The translations under genes were made by a program, and so were the position numbers. The notes beneath the pieces were generated by a model that saw only the letters and a list, made by a program, of their open reading frames with translations, was not told the DNA's origin and made no database searches. From NCBI GenBank assembly GCA_965112155.1, contig OZ218108.1: DNA of 64,000 nt, one strand, 5' to 3'. Below are positions 1 to 13,249 of this stretch, piece by piece. Every line of letters begins with the position of its first letter. Positions within the stretch are counted from its first letter, which is position 1. The DNA comes from Podarcis liolepis. Its lineage: Eukaryota.

Positions 1-940
1 TCACCATTCCCTGGGCTCTGAGCCTTCTTCCCTTAGGGTTCCCCAGCTGGTTCCTCCTACCACCCCTCTGCATCCATCCAGTCCATGACATGTGCTGTAA
101 AAACATGAGTCACTTGCACAATTTCATGTGACTTACTTGTGAGTAAGCATTCACAGAATTAGATCGTAAGTAATAATTACATCCTACTCTATTTCTATAA
201 GAACACGATAGGCTAAACCATGGTCTCCCACACCAACCCAATTCTTCCAATGCTTGCAAAAGATACCAAGGCTCACAATTTGATGAGCCTTCTACGAAAA
301 GAAATTCTTCAAATTATGAGAATGAAGGGTGATTTGTAAATTATAACATGAAAGACACATGGAAGCCCTCTTTGGGCATCCAGAAAATAGGTTAACTTAA
401 CACATGCAGGGTATGAGGAAGAGCTTTCTAGCTCCACCCCCTCACCATTTCTGTCACTCTCCATGAGCCAGAAGTGGACCTATTGAAGATGCAAACCTAC
501 TGAACTCATGTATGCTTCCTACATGTTTTAGAACTCTGATGTTCCAAACGTAGGAAGCCCACACAAAAATAAACTCCCTGCTTCAGAAAGTCACCTTCCA
601 ACTCAGGCAGGGTTGGCAAAAACTGTGGGGGATAAATCTAGTGTGCTGTGCTTATCTTCACAGTGCCCCCCATGTTAAGTTACAAGTACCTGAAGGGGAC
701 AAGCTGTTTGATATGGCGGGTACCTCCTGGCAGAAATTCATTAGGAGATCGCCATACATGAGGGTTTTGCCAAGCTTGAAAAAGACTAAATATATTTGGG
801 TGGGCACAGTGGCATGAAAATACTCTCCCAGCCTGTATGGTAAGCTGCTGCAGCAGCCATCAACACAGAGGAAGAGCTGCCAAATAGAGCAATTTAAAAT
901 AGTGACTATGTAGTGACTTATCCAGCATGTGAGCTAGTCC

Positions 941-1308
941 TAGGAGTGGGAGAAAAATTTGATTCAGTTCTCGTTTGAAGGTGGACCGCACTAATTTACA
1001 AAACAATATGCAAACCAAAACAAAAATAGCACTTTTCTGAACTTTGCAGTGCAGTTCTCTGGCCAAATAGTGTGTACAAAAATGTATATATTAGTAAAAA
1101 TAACATACCAAATAGCATTATATTAGGGCAATCTGCTCTGCACAAATTTGTATAATAGGTAAAATTGCATAAAAAGCTGTGTCTACTAGGATAAATCCTC
1201 ATTTTAAAAAAAGCACAAGCTGATGTGGAAATGTGGAGAAATGAACCAAAAACTAGGGGAAAAGTGAGAAACTGGGAGACAGTGAAATTAACAGATTTGC
1301 CCATCCTG
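941..1308 (+). mobile_element. Old AT-rich non-autonomous DNA element (hAT-like ends), family unresolved
   Basis: Ends TAGGAGTGGG / CCCATCCTG form an imperfect inverted pair. The AT-rich body resembles degraded copies at about 4008-4260, 13700-14041, 28730-29031 and 59320-59550. Confidence 0.5.
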
Positions 1309-1366
1309 GGTTGGTCTTCCCGTATTTCATTGAGTCATCCAGTTTGGGCTACTGCCCCTCAGGTGA

Positions 1367-1367
<1 letters not shown>

Positions 1368-1397
<30 letters not shown>

Positions 1398-1448
1398 AAG
1401 AAGAAGAAGAAGAAGAAGAAGAAGAGTAGTAGTAGTAGTAGTAGTAGT
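1368..1448. repeat. Compound microsatellite (AAG)n(TAG)n forming the tail of the adjacent SINE
   Basis: Directly visible; abuts the 3' end of the minus-strand SINE. Confidence 0.97.
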
Positions 1449-1684
1449 TTGGATTTGATATCCCGCCTTTCACTCCCTTTAAGGAGTCTCAAAGCGGCTA
1501 ACATTCTCCTTTCCCTTCCTCCTCCACAACAAACACTCTGTGAGGTGAGTGGGGCTGAGAAACTTCAAAGAAGTGTGACTGGCCCAAGGTCACCCAGCAG
1601 CTGCATGTGGAGGAGCAGAGATGCGAACCTGATTCCTCAGATTACGAGACTACCACTCTTAACCACTACACCACACTGGCTCTC
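1449..1684 (-). mobile_element. tRNA-derived SINE with CORE/L2-like body (Squam2/Squam3 type)
   Basis: Minus strand begins GAGAGCCAGTGTGGTGTAGTGGTTAAGAG (A box), then a GGTTCGCATC B-box-like motif and the MIR-like GGGTGACCTTGGGCCAGTCAC, and ends in a microsatellite tail. Confidence 0.8.
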
Positions 1685-2504
1685 ATAAGCAACAAGGCTA
1701 GAGGACCCTACTTCCAAATGAAGATTATATACACATTTGTTACTGTGATCTCCTCACACTCAGCTACTCTTGATTATTGTAAGCAGCAAATTCATTTCGG
1801 TGCATTCTTATATATGTCTACTCAGAAGAGGCAAGCCTTGTTGGATTCAGATGGCTTACTCCCAGGAAAGTGGGTACAGGATTGCATCCTTGATGAACTG
1901 CTCATCTTGATGGATTCCTGTTATGGTTATTCAAACAATCCTTTGTTAAATAAAAAATTTAAAAAACCAGGAATAAAACGTGGCCAGGTATTCCAAGACA
2001 AGAGGGAAAATGCAATTATTTCAGTATATTAAAAGAAATCTGCACAGGGAATAAAGATGGTTCTGTTTATTCATTGCATGCTTTCAAAGGCTTTTTGCTC
2101 TTTAAATTTGTTCTAATGTTATCAGAATTGATTTTTCATCTTTGTAATCCCAGAGAGAATGCCTTTGGTGAAGCTCTCAGTGGTTACCTATAATGAAGAA
2201 TCAGTTTGCAGAACAGTTGCTATGCTTGCTCTTAAATCCAGAGCTTATCTAGAAAAAAATCCAAAGGGCTAAATATAGAGGTATGGCATATATGAAATAT
2301 TTATTTTGGCACAGGTGTCTAGAATACCAGGAAAGGGTGTTTGTTCGCATATTTTATAGACTTTAAAATAAACCTTGAGTCTTGCTGTAAGCTTGCTTTA
2401 AAAATTCACAGGAGATAATAATGCAAGAGACAATATCATTGTGTTGTCACTGATGTCATTATAAGGGGGGGAGATTAGCAGCAAAGCACATGTTTTGCAT
2501 GCAG

Positions 2505-2975
2505 TTTCAATCTTTGGCATCTCCAGATAAAACCAAGAGGTGATGATGGGAAAGATCTCTGCTTGAGACCTGGACAGCTGGTGCCAGTCATCAGTGGTGA
2601 CTGGCCCATTTGGGCACATAGGACACTGTTGGACCCGCTAACCTCAGCCTGCCCTCAGCCAACCCCCAGCTGCCTGCCTTTCTACTGAACAACCAGTCCA
2701 GCGGTTGGTACTGCCCATCAGCTTCCTTCTCCTTGATTTCAATGTTGCCCTTTGTGGAACTCAGCAGGGAGGAGGATGGGGACTAAACTAGAACGATCTG
2801 GGGTTACTTGTTATTGGCTCTGGCTCTGCCTGTCATTGACTCTGGTTCCACCTACTGATGAGACTCCTTGCCTTCTGCCCTACCAGTCACAATGAGACCA
2901 GCCATCGCTGGTAGATAATACTGAGCTGGATAGGCAAATAGTCTCATCTAGATTAAGGCAACTTCCTATGCTCTT
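2505..2975 (+). mobile_element. tRNA-derived SINE (tail AAGGCAACTTCCTATG) interrupted by a hAT-like MITE at 2592-2910
   Basis: The SINE halves ...GTGCCAGTCAT | GTAGATAATACTGAGCTGGAT... rejoin to match other copies in the window. The insert has imperfect inverted ends CAGTGGTGACTGG / CCAGCCATCGCTG. Confidence 0.6.
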
Positions 2976-4777
2976 GAGAATGAAGTCTTAGTTGACACTA
3001 GAAAACATTGTGTTGCGTGAGAGCTAGAGTTGCATGTTTACTTTTTACCTTTATTTAAGGATAGCATTTTAATAGAGCTGGCTCTCTTGGGCAAAAAGCC
3101 CAATACCATTTTGAGGCGTTAAGTGTCCTAAACTGTGAACTGCATCGCACAGAACAAGGGGGCAGAGAAAGAAACAACATATTTAAGTTCCTAGTAGTTT
3201 TAAGAGGCAGCCAACATTTCTGAATATTTGCTAGAAAGTCAACCCTTCAGCCGCACCTATTTCCCTGATCTACTAACAGTCCAGAAATAAGTATTAATTT
3301 ATGCATACATCATTCTGTTTCATGTACGCAAAACATATATTTAAAACATGAAAGGGAAGAGGAGACTGAAAATATGGCAGCAGAAAACGACGACAAGTGG
3401 CATACAATTATCACTCGTTTTTTAAACCCTTCTCTCACAATATCTGTATATTGAGAACTGGTACATAATCCCATTCTAGGGAAAAAAAACAAACCCCTAT
3501 AGATCTCTTTGCTTGAGAATGCAGCTTCAACTTCCCCAAGCAATTACTGTTCACATGAAGGGCTTCACTGATTTCAGTTACCCTTACAGGGACAGGGTTG
3601 AATTACTGGCCCCTGCACAGATGTCTGTGTTTACAAGGCAAATTTTGGATGACACCTTTTTTTTCTTTCCACCTGCACTTGCCTGTTTGCCATTTGAAAC
3701 TCTGTTCACAGCCCTGGCAATCAAATTCCATTGTACAGATGTTTCCTGAAAACTCAACTGCATACTGGCCAGCAGGCAGCCACAAAAATTGTCTGCAAGT
3801 GGTAGGAGGAAATGGGAACTGTAGTGGCGGCTGATGACTAAACAGAAACCATTGATGGAAAAAAAACACAATTTAGCACAAAATACTAGTGCTTTTTCTG
3901 ACAGTGCTTTTACATTAACTGGGGGGGGGAGAAGTAATGGGTTAACATCATAATAGCAACATTTTGATGCCTTCATAAAGCTGGCTACCACACTGCTTAC
4001 TTCTGACTAGGGGTGGAAGAATCTGCCATTTCTCAATTTTTTCAATCTTAAAGTCAGTTCTCTACATGTCTGCAGCAATTTGCAATTTTATAAAAAATAT
4101 TCATGAAAATTCACCAGGATGTTAGTGCAAATCACTCCTAATAAACACATTTTTGTATGCAGTTTTAACTAATGCACACAGTTTCAGAGACAATTTACAC
4201 TAATACATTGTATTTTAGGGTATTTTCACAAATATATTCATGTTGACGTATAACTCCCCCAATCCAATGACCCAATACCATTCACTGACAAATATTTTTG
4301 TTTATGTTCATTGTTTGTTATTTACCTGAAATAAGATAGCACTTAACACTTACCAGAGCGAAGGGACCATTAATGCTGAATCACAAATTTTATTTAGTTT
4401 AGGGAATGGCTTTGTAGTCCTACTTCCTCCCTGAAAGTAGCAGCTGGGGAGGTTAAGAATCTAAGTCTTATAAAATGCTTTAGCCCTAGAGAGGACTTCA
4501 GATAGAACAGGGGAGGGGTAAGACTAGAAACAAGCATGTGCTTGCTATCTAGAAATGTAGTGGTTTGTTTTTAGTTTGGCTGCTATTGTAATTATCAAGA
4601 TAGGGGTTTGTGGGGAGGGGGTTAATTATGCATATAACTTTCACTGAGGTGTTAGCATCAGGCTGGATGTCTAACATTTCTGGCTGATTTCTGGGTGCAG
4701 CATAATTGCATGTCAGCTCTTCATACAACCTTGTATTTCATGTTCTGTAATGGGTTAGCAGCCCAGAAAAGGCCTTT

Positions 4778-5132
4778 GGGACACGGATGGTGCTGTGGGT
4801 TAAACCACAGAGCCTCGAACTTGCCGATCAGAAGATTGGCGGTTCGAATCCCTGCGACGGGGTGAGCTCCCATTGCTCGGTCCCTGCTCCTGCCAACCTA
4901 GCAGTTCGAAAGCACGTCAAAGTGCAAGTAAATAAATAGGTACCGCTCCAGAGGGAAGGTAAACAGCATTTCCGTGCACTGCTCTGGTTCACCAGAAGCA
5001 GCTTAGTCATGCTGGCCACATGACCGGAAGCTGTACGCCGGGCTCCCTCAGCCAATAAAGCGAGATGAGCGCCGCAACCCCAGAGTTGGCCACGACTGGA
5101 CCTAATTGTCAGGGGTCCCTTTACCTTTACCT
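4778..5132 (+). mobile_element. Sauria SINE, full length
   Basis: GGGACACGGATGGTGCTGTGGGTTAAACC head, GGTTCGAATCC B box, CTAGCAGTTCGAAAGCAC core, (ACCTTT)n tail. Confidence 0.92.
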
Positions 5133-5299
5133 ATGTTTCCTCAAGAGTCTCTGGTGAGGGGCTTCAAAGGGTTTTGATGAAGTCTGTGTATATGAGGACT
5201 CCCAGTTCATCCTTCAGTTATATGTTTGTTGACACTCAACAAATTCTAAAAAGCTGATAGAAGAGGATGAAGCCATCCTCAGCTTCTTCCTCAGCTAGG

Positions 5300-5548
5300 C
5301 TTGTTGTGCTTGCTGCCTGAGGCAAAGCTCAAGATGACTCCCTATCCCTCCATGTGCAAAAAGCCCATCAGACTTAACAGGATGGCATCCTCCCACCAGG
5401 CCTGAGGGCAGCAAAATAGTTTAGGGGGGCAGGGTAGGTCACGTGGTGCTCGCAGACCTGTCTTCCAACAACTTGCCACTGTTCTGCACTCCCAGCATCT
5501 GCCGCCTGAGGCACCTGCCTCACTCTGTCTAATGGTAGGGCCAGCCCT
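5300..5548 (-). mobile_element. Non-autonomous DNA element fragment; a related copy lies at about 31568-31810 in the opposite orientation
   Basis: The end ...GCCTGAGGCACCTGCCTCACTCTGTCTAATGGTAGGGCCAGCCCTG is the approximate reverse complement of CAGGGCTGGTTCTACCATGAGACAAAGTGAGGCAGCTGCCTCAGG at 31568. Confidence 0.55.
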
Positions 5549-5686
5549 GCTCCTGAGCAGATTGGGAAAAGGTCTTCTCAGATTCTGCTTTCAGACTTCC
5601 CATAAGCATCTGGCTGACCATTGTGAAAACAGGATGCAGAACTAGATAGGCCATTGGCCTGGTCCCACAGGCTCTTCTTATGTTCT

Positions 5687-5688
<2 letters not shown>

Positions 5689-5726
<38 letters not shown>
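5689..5726. repeat. (AC)n microsatellite
   Basis: Directly visible. Confidence 0.97.
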
Positions 5727-5728
<2 letters not shown>

Positions 5729-5807
5729 GATTCTGGTTATCACTTAGGTCACCTACCCTTTAGTTTGTTCTAGAGCACCATTATATTATTGCACCTAGAA
5801 AATTTTG

Positions 5808-8476
5808 TTTTTTTTTTTTTTTTATAAAATTTTTTATTGCGTTCCTTTTCATAGGTTCACAAATTAGTTTACATAGCAACATACAAGAAACATTTTTTTT
5901 TTATATATAAAGAAAAATAAAAAAAGAAAAAAAAAATTGAATATGTTACACATCATGTTTCATAAATTTACTTTCTTTTGGACCTCCCCACATCTTCCCA
6001 ACATTGCATTCATTGTTCTAACCTGATCAGCAATTTGTTACCTTGTTTCACAACTTATTGTATCTTTGACTTTATTATGTTACCAATTTCGAAAGTTTGT
6101 AGTTTACTTTTGGTACCTTCACAATAAACATAATATATTGTTTCAAATTTGTTTCCTTTTCTTTTTTATCTACGCTTATTTTATCCTTTGCTTAAATAGG
6201 TTGCGGAAGCGTGACGTTTCCTAATCATGCACAATCTTAACATTCAAACAACTTATAATATTTTTGCAAATAATCCTTGAATTTTTTCCAGTCCTCCTCT
6301 ATTGTTTCTTCGGTCAGATCTCGAATTCTGCCAGTCATTTCTGCCAGCTCCATGTAGTCCAACAACTGTGTCTGCCAGTCCTCCAGTGTGGGTAAATCTG
6401 GTGTCTTCCAGTACTTTGCGATAAGAATCCTTGCTGCTGTTGTCGCATACATAAACAGAGTTCTGTCCTTCTTTGGCACCTTCCGGTCCACCATGCCCAG
6501 CAGAAAGGCCTCTGGTTTCTTAAGAAAGGTATATTTAAATACCTTTTTCAACTCATTGTATATCATTTCCCAGAAGGCCTTTACTTTCGGGCAGGTCCAC
6601 CAGAGGTGAAAGAATGTCCCTTCTTCCTCCTTACATTTCCAACACTTATTATCAGACAGGTGGTATATTTTAGCCAACTTGACTGGGGTCATGTACCACC
6701 GGTATACCATTTTCATAATGTTCTCTTTCAAGGCACTACATGCCGTGAATTTCATACCGGTGTTCCATAACCTTTCCCAGTCCTCAGACATAATGTTATG
6801 TCCTACATCCTGTGCCCATTTTATCATAGCCGATTTAACTGTCTCATCCTGTGTATTCCATTTAAGCAGCAAGTTATACATTCTCGAAAGTACCTTAGTT
6901 TTGGGTTCTAATAACTCCGTCTCTAGTTTCGATTTCTCCACCTGGAAACCAACTTTTTTATCCATTTTGAAAACCTCTTGCATTTGAGCATAATGTAGCC
7001 AGTCTCGCACCTTATTTTTTAATTTGTCTTGGCTTTGGAGCTTCCAGTTGTCTCCAACTCTTTCAATTAATTCCCAATATTTTGGCCAGTAGGCCTCCAT
7101 ATTGGGCCTTTTTTTGGAAACTTTGGCTTCCACTGGTGATAACCACCTCGGGGTTTTACTTTCTAGTAAATCCTTGTACTTCATCCATACAGCAAATATT
7201 GATTTTCTGACAATATGGTTTTTGAACAATTTATGAACCTTTGCCTTGTCATACCACAAGTATGCATGCCAACCATAAACATTGTCAAACCCTTCCAGGT
7301 CTAGGACATCAGTGTTTTCCAACAAGAACCAATCCTTCAACCAGCAGAAGGCTGCAGCTTCATAGTACAACCTTAAATCCGGCAGGGCAAACCCCCCTCT
7401 TTCTTTTGAGTCAGTTAGTATTTTAAATTTTATTCGGGGCTTTTTGCCCTGCCAGACAAACTTAGATATATCCTTCTGCCACTTTCCAAAACATTCCATT
7501 CTGTCCACGACCTGTAGGGTTTGAAATAAAAATAACATTTTTGGCAAAACACACATCTTTATAGCTGCGATTCGGCCTGACAAGGTAAGTTTCAATCTTG
7601 CCCATATATCCAAATCCTTTTTGATTTCCAACCAGCATTTTTCATAATTATCTTTAAATAAATTTAAATTTTTGGTGGACAAAAATACCCCCAGGTACTT
7701 CACTTTTTTCACCACACTTAACTCTGTTTCTTTCTGATACCCCTCTGTCTCTGTAGGTGTCAGATTTTTAACCAAAACCTTGGTTTTTTGTTTATTAAGC
7801 TTGAATCCCGCCACCCGACCAAACTCCGAGATAAGTTCAAGAACTTTTTTTGTGCTAGATTCTGGCTCCTGTAATGTCAAGACTAGGTCATCTGCGAAAG
7901 CTTTCAGTTTGTATTGTTTCGCTCCGACCACTATACCCTGCACCAACCGGTCCTCTCTGATCATATTCAGCAATACCTCCAGGACAGAAATAAATAACAG
8001 AGGAGACAGGGGGCACCCCTGTCGTGTCCCTTTTTCAATTTTGAGTTCCTCCGACACCACATTGTTCACTATCAGTTTGGCTTTTTGTTCTGAGTAGATT
8101 GCTTCTACTCCATTTTCAAACCCCCTTCCCACTCCCATCCCTTTCAGGTTTTTCTTCATAAACCTCCAAGAAATGTTGTCAAATGCTTTCTCCGCATCAA
8201 TAAAAATTAATGCGGCCCTTGTGTTCCTAATTCTCAAAAGCTCCAATATGTCAATAATGTTCCTGGTATTGTCCGACATATGTCTGCTAGGGAGAAAACC
8301 TGCTTGGTCCTTATGAATTACTTCATTTAATACTTTTTTAAATCTATTTGCTAAAATGTCTGCAAATATTTTGTAATCCACATTCAGGAGTGAGATGGGA
8401 CGATAGTTCTTAAGCTGGGTCTTTTCCATTTCCGACTTTGGAATCAATGTGATGAATGCTTCTTTCCACGTTTCCG
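5808..8476 (-). mobile_element. 5'-truncated L1-clade LINE with poly(A) tail and TSD
   Basis: TSD TGCACCTAGAAAATTTTG(T) at 5790-5808 and 8477-8495, poly-T at 5808-5823, minus-strand AATAAA at 5833-5838, 3'UTR of about 410 bp, uninterrupted ORF2 remnant. Confidence 0.95.
6237..8476 (-). CDS. L1 ORF2p remnant (RT plus C-terminal CCHC; endonuclease lost by truncation), about 746 codons without stops
   Basis: Motifs NYRPISLLNVDYKI, IDAEKAFD, GTRQGCPLSPLLF, FADD, YLG and CWKC-x8-H-x4-C. The first ~98 aa of the listed 844-aa ORF come from flanking DNA. Confidence 0.92.
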
Positions 8477-9591
8477 TGCACCTAGAAAATTTTGTCTCTT
8501 TGCCGTGATCCACAAGTACATTTACCCAAGATGTGTAAAAGCAACTGAAGGGCAGAACTGTCTGTTTTTCTCCTTGGAACATTAACATGTTTAAGAATCT
8601 AGCTTTCAAACACACAATTGTCCTGACAGTGAATTTTACTGAAGTCTCAAATGCAAATAAATAGTTTGAAACAAAGGTTGTATAAATATCCGCCTGTGCC
8701 AGCAGTTCAGTTTGAAAGAGAACGCTGTAAACATGAAGTAAATTAAAAGGGGATCTGCTTTTGTGGAGCACTTGGAGGAGTTATTACAGAGAAAACGTAT
8801 GCTGTGTGGTGCAACAGCACGTACCCATGTGGCTAACCCACAACTGGTCAAAGAAACAAGTCCTGCCCGTACCTAGGACTTCTGCCACAGCCAGACCACA
8901 ATTCCTGAGAGGGATAAGCTTAATTGGCTGAAAATAAACCCCAGGCCCTGTTGCAGCTCATTAACTGGTCACAGACATGTTGCAAGGGAGGGAAAGTGGG
9001 ATCTGTTGGACGAAGCTACTTCTCTGTGCACTGCAAATGAAACAGACTATTGGTTTTGTTGATAAAGGAACATTGTTTGGCTTGTGCCAACTAAGTAATG
9101 GGAGTCAGTGGCATTTTTGGCCAAATATAGCCCTCCCAGATTACTCCAAAAAACCCAAGCTTTTAACTCAGGAGCTGAAACCATTGAAAAGAAGGAGGGG
9201 AGTTTACATTCCGGCAGTCTCCTGTAGCAAAGCCAAATGAATGTTTGGCTTAAGTTGCATCTCTGTCACGAGCCTCTCTCAAGCCAGAAAATGTCGTTTC
9301 TATAATCAAAGAATTGAATGCAGTTTACTACTACTGTGAGGGGCATCATAAGGTCACTGCAGTGGGCATGGGAGCAGCAAGCCAGTAAATGCATAGCTGT
9401 TGCTGAATACAGACACTGCATCCTTCAGAGACATGCTGAATAATTATTATCTGGGTACCCTCTTCTTTCTTCTTTTATTGAAAATGAATATAGCCACCCT
9501 TCCATATATATATTATATATAGCACCCCCACCCCCAATCAATAAAAATCCCTGGGACAGCTGAAGAGCAATTCAAATTACAATGTATGATA

Positions 9592-9833
9592 CAGTGGTAC
9601 CTCAGGTTACATACGCTTCAAGTTACATACGCTTCAGGTTTCAGACTCCGCTAACCCAGAAATAGTGCTTCAGGTTAAGAACTTTGCTTCACGATGAGAA
9701 CAGAAATTGTGCTCCGGCGGCATGGCAGCAGCAGGAGGCCCCATTAGCTAAAGTAGTGCTTCAGGTTAAGAACAGTTTCAGGTTAAGTACGGACGTCTGG
9801 AACGAATCAAGTACTTAACCCGAGGTACCACTG
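9592..9833. mobile_element. Tc1/mariner (Tigger/pogo-like) MITE, 242 bp
   Basis: TIRs CAGTGGTACCTCAGGTTA / TAACCCGAGGTACCACTG (17/18 match), TA on both sides, internal GCTTCAGGTTA repeats. Confidence 0.9.
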
Positions 9834-12499
9834 TAATTAAAATATACCCCCCAAAATAAAAAAGAGCAAAAGAAGCACAAGCACTTTCCCACACAAGAGG
9901 CTACTTTGCTTAAAACCCTTTTCCTTGCAGCTCTTTCCCTAAACACTTTGCAGCCTGGATGTAAAGCTCTCAGTGAATAATAAGATCTTAGACAGCCAGC
10001 CAAAGAGAAGGGGCAGGCAAGCCTCTCTGCAGATGAGAGCGACTTGTCTCTCAAAGTGTCTTGCAAACACACCCCAGTGTGATTTTGGGGTTTCTACCAA
10101 ATCCCCTTTTGGACAAAATTGCTTGGGGAAAAAGCTTTGTTGGACAACAATGAGAAGATACAATGGCGGAGGAGAAAAATGTTTCATTGCCTCCATCACC
10201 ATCACAGTGTAGGTCTGGTAAAGCAGGACTGGGGACTCTGTGGCCCACCTGTGGCTGCAACTCCCATCACCCTTGACCACTGGCCATGTTGCCTAGGATT
10301 GGTGAGAGTTGGCATCTAACAGCATCTAACTTCCCAGCATGCCTCAGGCCCTAGCTCAGAAGAAGGGACAGGAAAGATGCAACTGCTTTAAAACAGACAG
10401 TCAAAACAAAATGTTATAATTTTCTGAGGTCTCCTTGAGGATAGAAAGCACTTGTTATAGCTCTTGTAGCTGAAAACCAGGAGTGTGGGCAGTGACATGA
10501 AGAATGACAGCTCTCTGTCTCTCCCTCTCTCCTTTTAACAGCTCTTGGCTGACTACAATGTGGACTTCATCTATGTGCATGCACTGGGACTAGGTCTAGA
10601 TTTTTGTGACAAGAGATCCCTTCCAGACAGGGTGCTCCTTCCACAGCAAGAGAGCCCTCGGAATCACACCCATCCATTGGTTTTCTGAGCAGCAAGAATG
10701 GTGATTTGGGAATCACAATTAGGCTCAGTATCTAACTCAATGGGCCCTTTAAACAACCAGCAACCCGCTTACGGGTTGCTGATTTTGTTGGGTATTGGTT
10801 TCAGCCGTGATGCCAGCATTACAGATCTGTTGACTATGGGTCAAGAGAGAAATTTACACATGATCTTATCATAACAAATAAAGCCTTGTGCTGCAAATGT
10901 GCAGAGAGGAGAAGCAGGGCAGTGCCAATACTCCTTGCTCCTGACCTCCATGCATTCATTCAAAGTTCTAAGCAAAGCCTGTGCATATACAAGCTTTGTG
11001 CATCTACACCCAGTTGGCGGGATCCAGGGACTCTGCCTTTTGCAAGTTTTCCTAAATCAGAACAAATGGCAATTCACAGAAAACCCAATTGCTGTTTGTT
11101 CCGATTCAGCACTAAACCACAGGTTTTCCCAGGAGGAAATGACAGGGCAAATGGATGCCTGGTTGAGCCTCCTGCCTCTCATTGGCTGTGGTTCCACATG
11201 TTGGTCTCCCTTGCCTTCTGCCCTATCAGTCCCAATGAGCATCAGCCACCTCTGATGACAGTGCTACTGTTTTTATTGTTGTTAAGAATATAAATGATCA
11301 TGATGATCACCATGCATTTTGCTGAGTTCAGTCTTTGACTAATCTGATCATAATGATTTTACCTAATATTTTAAGGGTTCCCGTTTCAAATACCAAAAGC
11401 ACCCAAGATGCCTTATGAATAAGATAGCAATGTTTTTAAAAGAATAATAAAGGAATCATATGCTTGTACTCTGAAACAATTACTGAAAATGTATTAGAAG
11501 AAAGAGGGAAGCTTCTCCTGCTAATATGCCAATAGCAATGTATGCTGCACTGAGCTTCTTTCTGTGTTTTTATTGGGGGGGGGAGCACTCCGAGGGCAGA
11601 AATTTCACTTCTATACTATTTCTAAAATGTCTAGCCAAACGCTAAATTAGAGGTACCAACATATTATGGGTGAAAGCTCTCCCTGACTTCAAGTAAGCAC
11701 CAAAATTACCTTCTCCCTGCCTCCAAGCTTCACCGTGTTAAAACTTTTGCCTGGCAAAAGCTGATCTCAAGGGTGGGAGAAATGGGTGGAAAACAGATAC
11801 TAAAAGCCTGAACACATGAAGGAAAAACACCCAAGTGGATATAGCAACAGCGTGCTCTACTTCTTCCACTTGGACGGGTTTATGGTCACACTTTTGCTTG
11901 AGCTACTATGACTGATCCTGCTGCCAACGCCAGCACTTGATGTTTTGTTCCAAATAACAGTCCATGAGGAAATGGGGTGGAAATTTCCAAAATGCAGGCA
12001 GTCTGTTTGGATAAAGACTGCCTTTTATATCACTCCGGGGCCTAGCCTGCCATGATCACTGGTTCTGTGTGGGTTTGCTTGTGCGACTCCACGTGGATGG
12101 AGTCAGTCCACAAATGAATGAGGCTCTCCCTCCCCCGGCAGTCATTGACTCCTGGGGTGTTGCAAAGGAGAGGGAGGGCAATTAAGCATGAATTAAGTCA
12201 ACAACCCCTTGCAGTTAACACACAGCTCTTACTGGGAGTGTGCTTGGCTCAGGGCCTAGAATGGTGTTATTGTCTTCTTCCATAGGGTGCAGAGGAAAAG
12301 ATTTTTTTTTAATAAAAAAAAAAAGTTTGCAAAAAGATGCTATTCTTAGGAGGGGTGCTTTGCTCACATACAATACTCTCTGCTCAGTGGTAGCACGCAA
12401 AACAGAATGTGAATTTATGGCCTAACATTTACTCTGCTAAAGCAAATGCAAACGCTCCCGCTGCCAAACACAGGGGTGGCAATAAACGTTTAATGATCC

Positions 12500-12690
12500 A
12501 GAGAGGCAATATGTTATAGTGGTTAGAGCACTGGCCAATGACTGGGGAGAGCAGGGTTCAAATCTCCATTGAGCCATGAAGCCCTTTGGATAATTTTATG
12601 TCACACACCCTGTCAGGTGTGGTCCTCACAAGAGGAGGAGGAATTTTGTACAATAGTGTGGACTCCCTGGACAAAAGGTGAGACATGAAT
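12500..12690 (+). mobile_element. Degraded tRNA-derived SINE
   Basis: TATAGTGGTTAGAGC A-box-like and GGTTCAAATCT B-box-like motifs followed by a MIR-like body. Confidence 0.55.
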
Positions 12691-12705
12691 GTAAACAGTT
12701 AGGTA

Positions 12706-13203
12706 CCGTATTTTTTGCCCTATAGGACGCACTTTTTCCCCTCCAAAAATGAAGGGGAAGTCTGGGTGCATCCTATGGGGCGAATGCAGGCTTTCTCTGA
12801 AGCTTGGAGAGCGAGAGGGGTCGGTGAGCAGGAAGACATCCGCAGGCTAGGCAGCCCTGCTGAAAGCACAGCACCCAGCGCTTCAGGAACACATCCACAG
12901 CCTAGGCAGCCCTGCGGGAGTTCCCGCAAGGCTCCCTACGCTGTGGATAGCAGCCTGCCGCCCGGCGCGAAAGGCACCCTGAAGCAGAGCGCCCCACGCG
13001 CTGGGCAGACATCAGCCAGCCCCACAAGCTCGGGGGACAGCGGGGAGTCACAGCGCCGCCATCCCGCTGTTCCTCGACCTGGTTTGGTTTCCCCAACCTG
13101 GTTTGGGGGGGGGGGAATAAAGGGGGGAAATTTCCTTTATTTCCCCCCAAAAAAACTAGGTGCGTGCTATGGGACGGAGCATCCTATGGGACGAAAAATA
13201 CGG
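12706..13203. mobile_element. Tc1/mariner (Tc2-like) non-autonomous element, 498 bp, GC-rich interior
   Basis: TIRs CCGTATTTTTTGCCCTATAGGACGC / GCATCCTATGGGACGAAAAATACGG; TA on the left and CA on the right (mutated TA). Confidence 0.82.
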
Positions 13204-13249
13204 CAATTGCAAATCTCATTTATCTTGTTTACTTTGGTCCTCGGACACA

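Noticed and set aside
1225-1688. Poly-Arg/Lys/Ser ORFs
   Set aside because: Translations of the (AAG)n(TAG)n SINE tail.
4778-4860. tRNA genes at A/B-box motifs (also 12500, 30222, 51365)
   Set aside because: They are SINE heads continuing into SINE bodies, without a complete cloverleaf.
8477-8771. N-terminal ~98 aa of the 844-aa ORF as a novel domain fused to RT
   Set aside because: It lies outside the TSD-bounded L1 and is chance in-frame flanking DNA with a non-ATG start.
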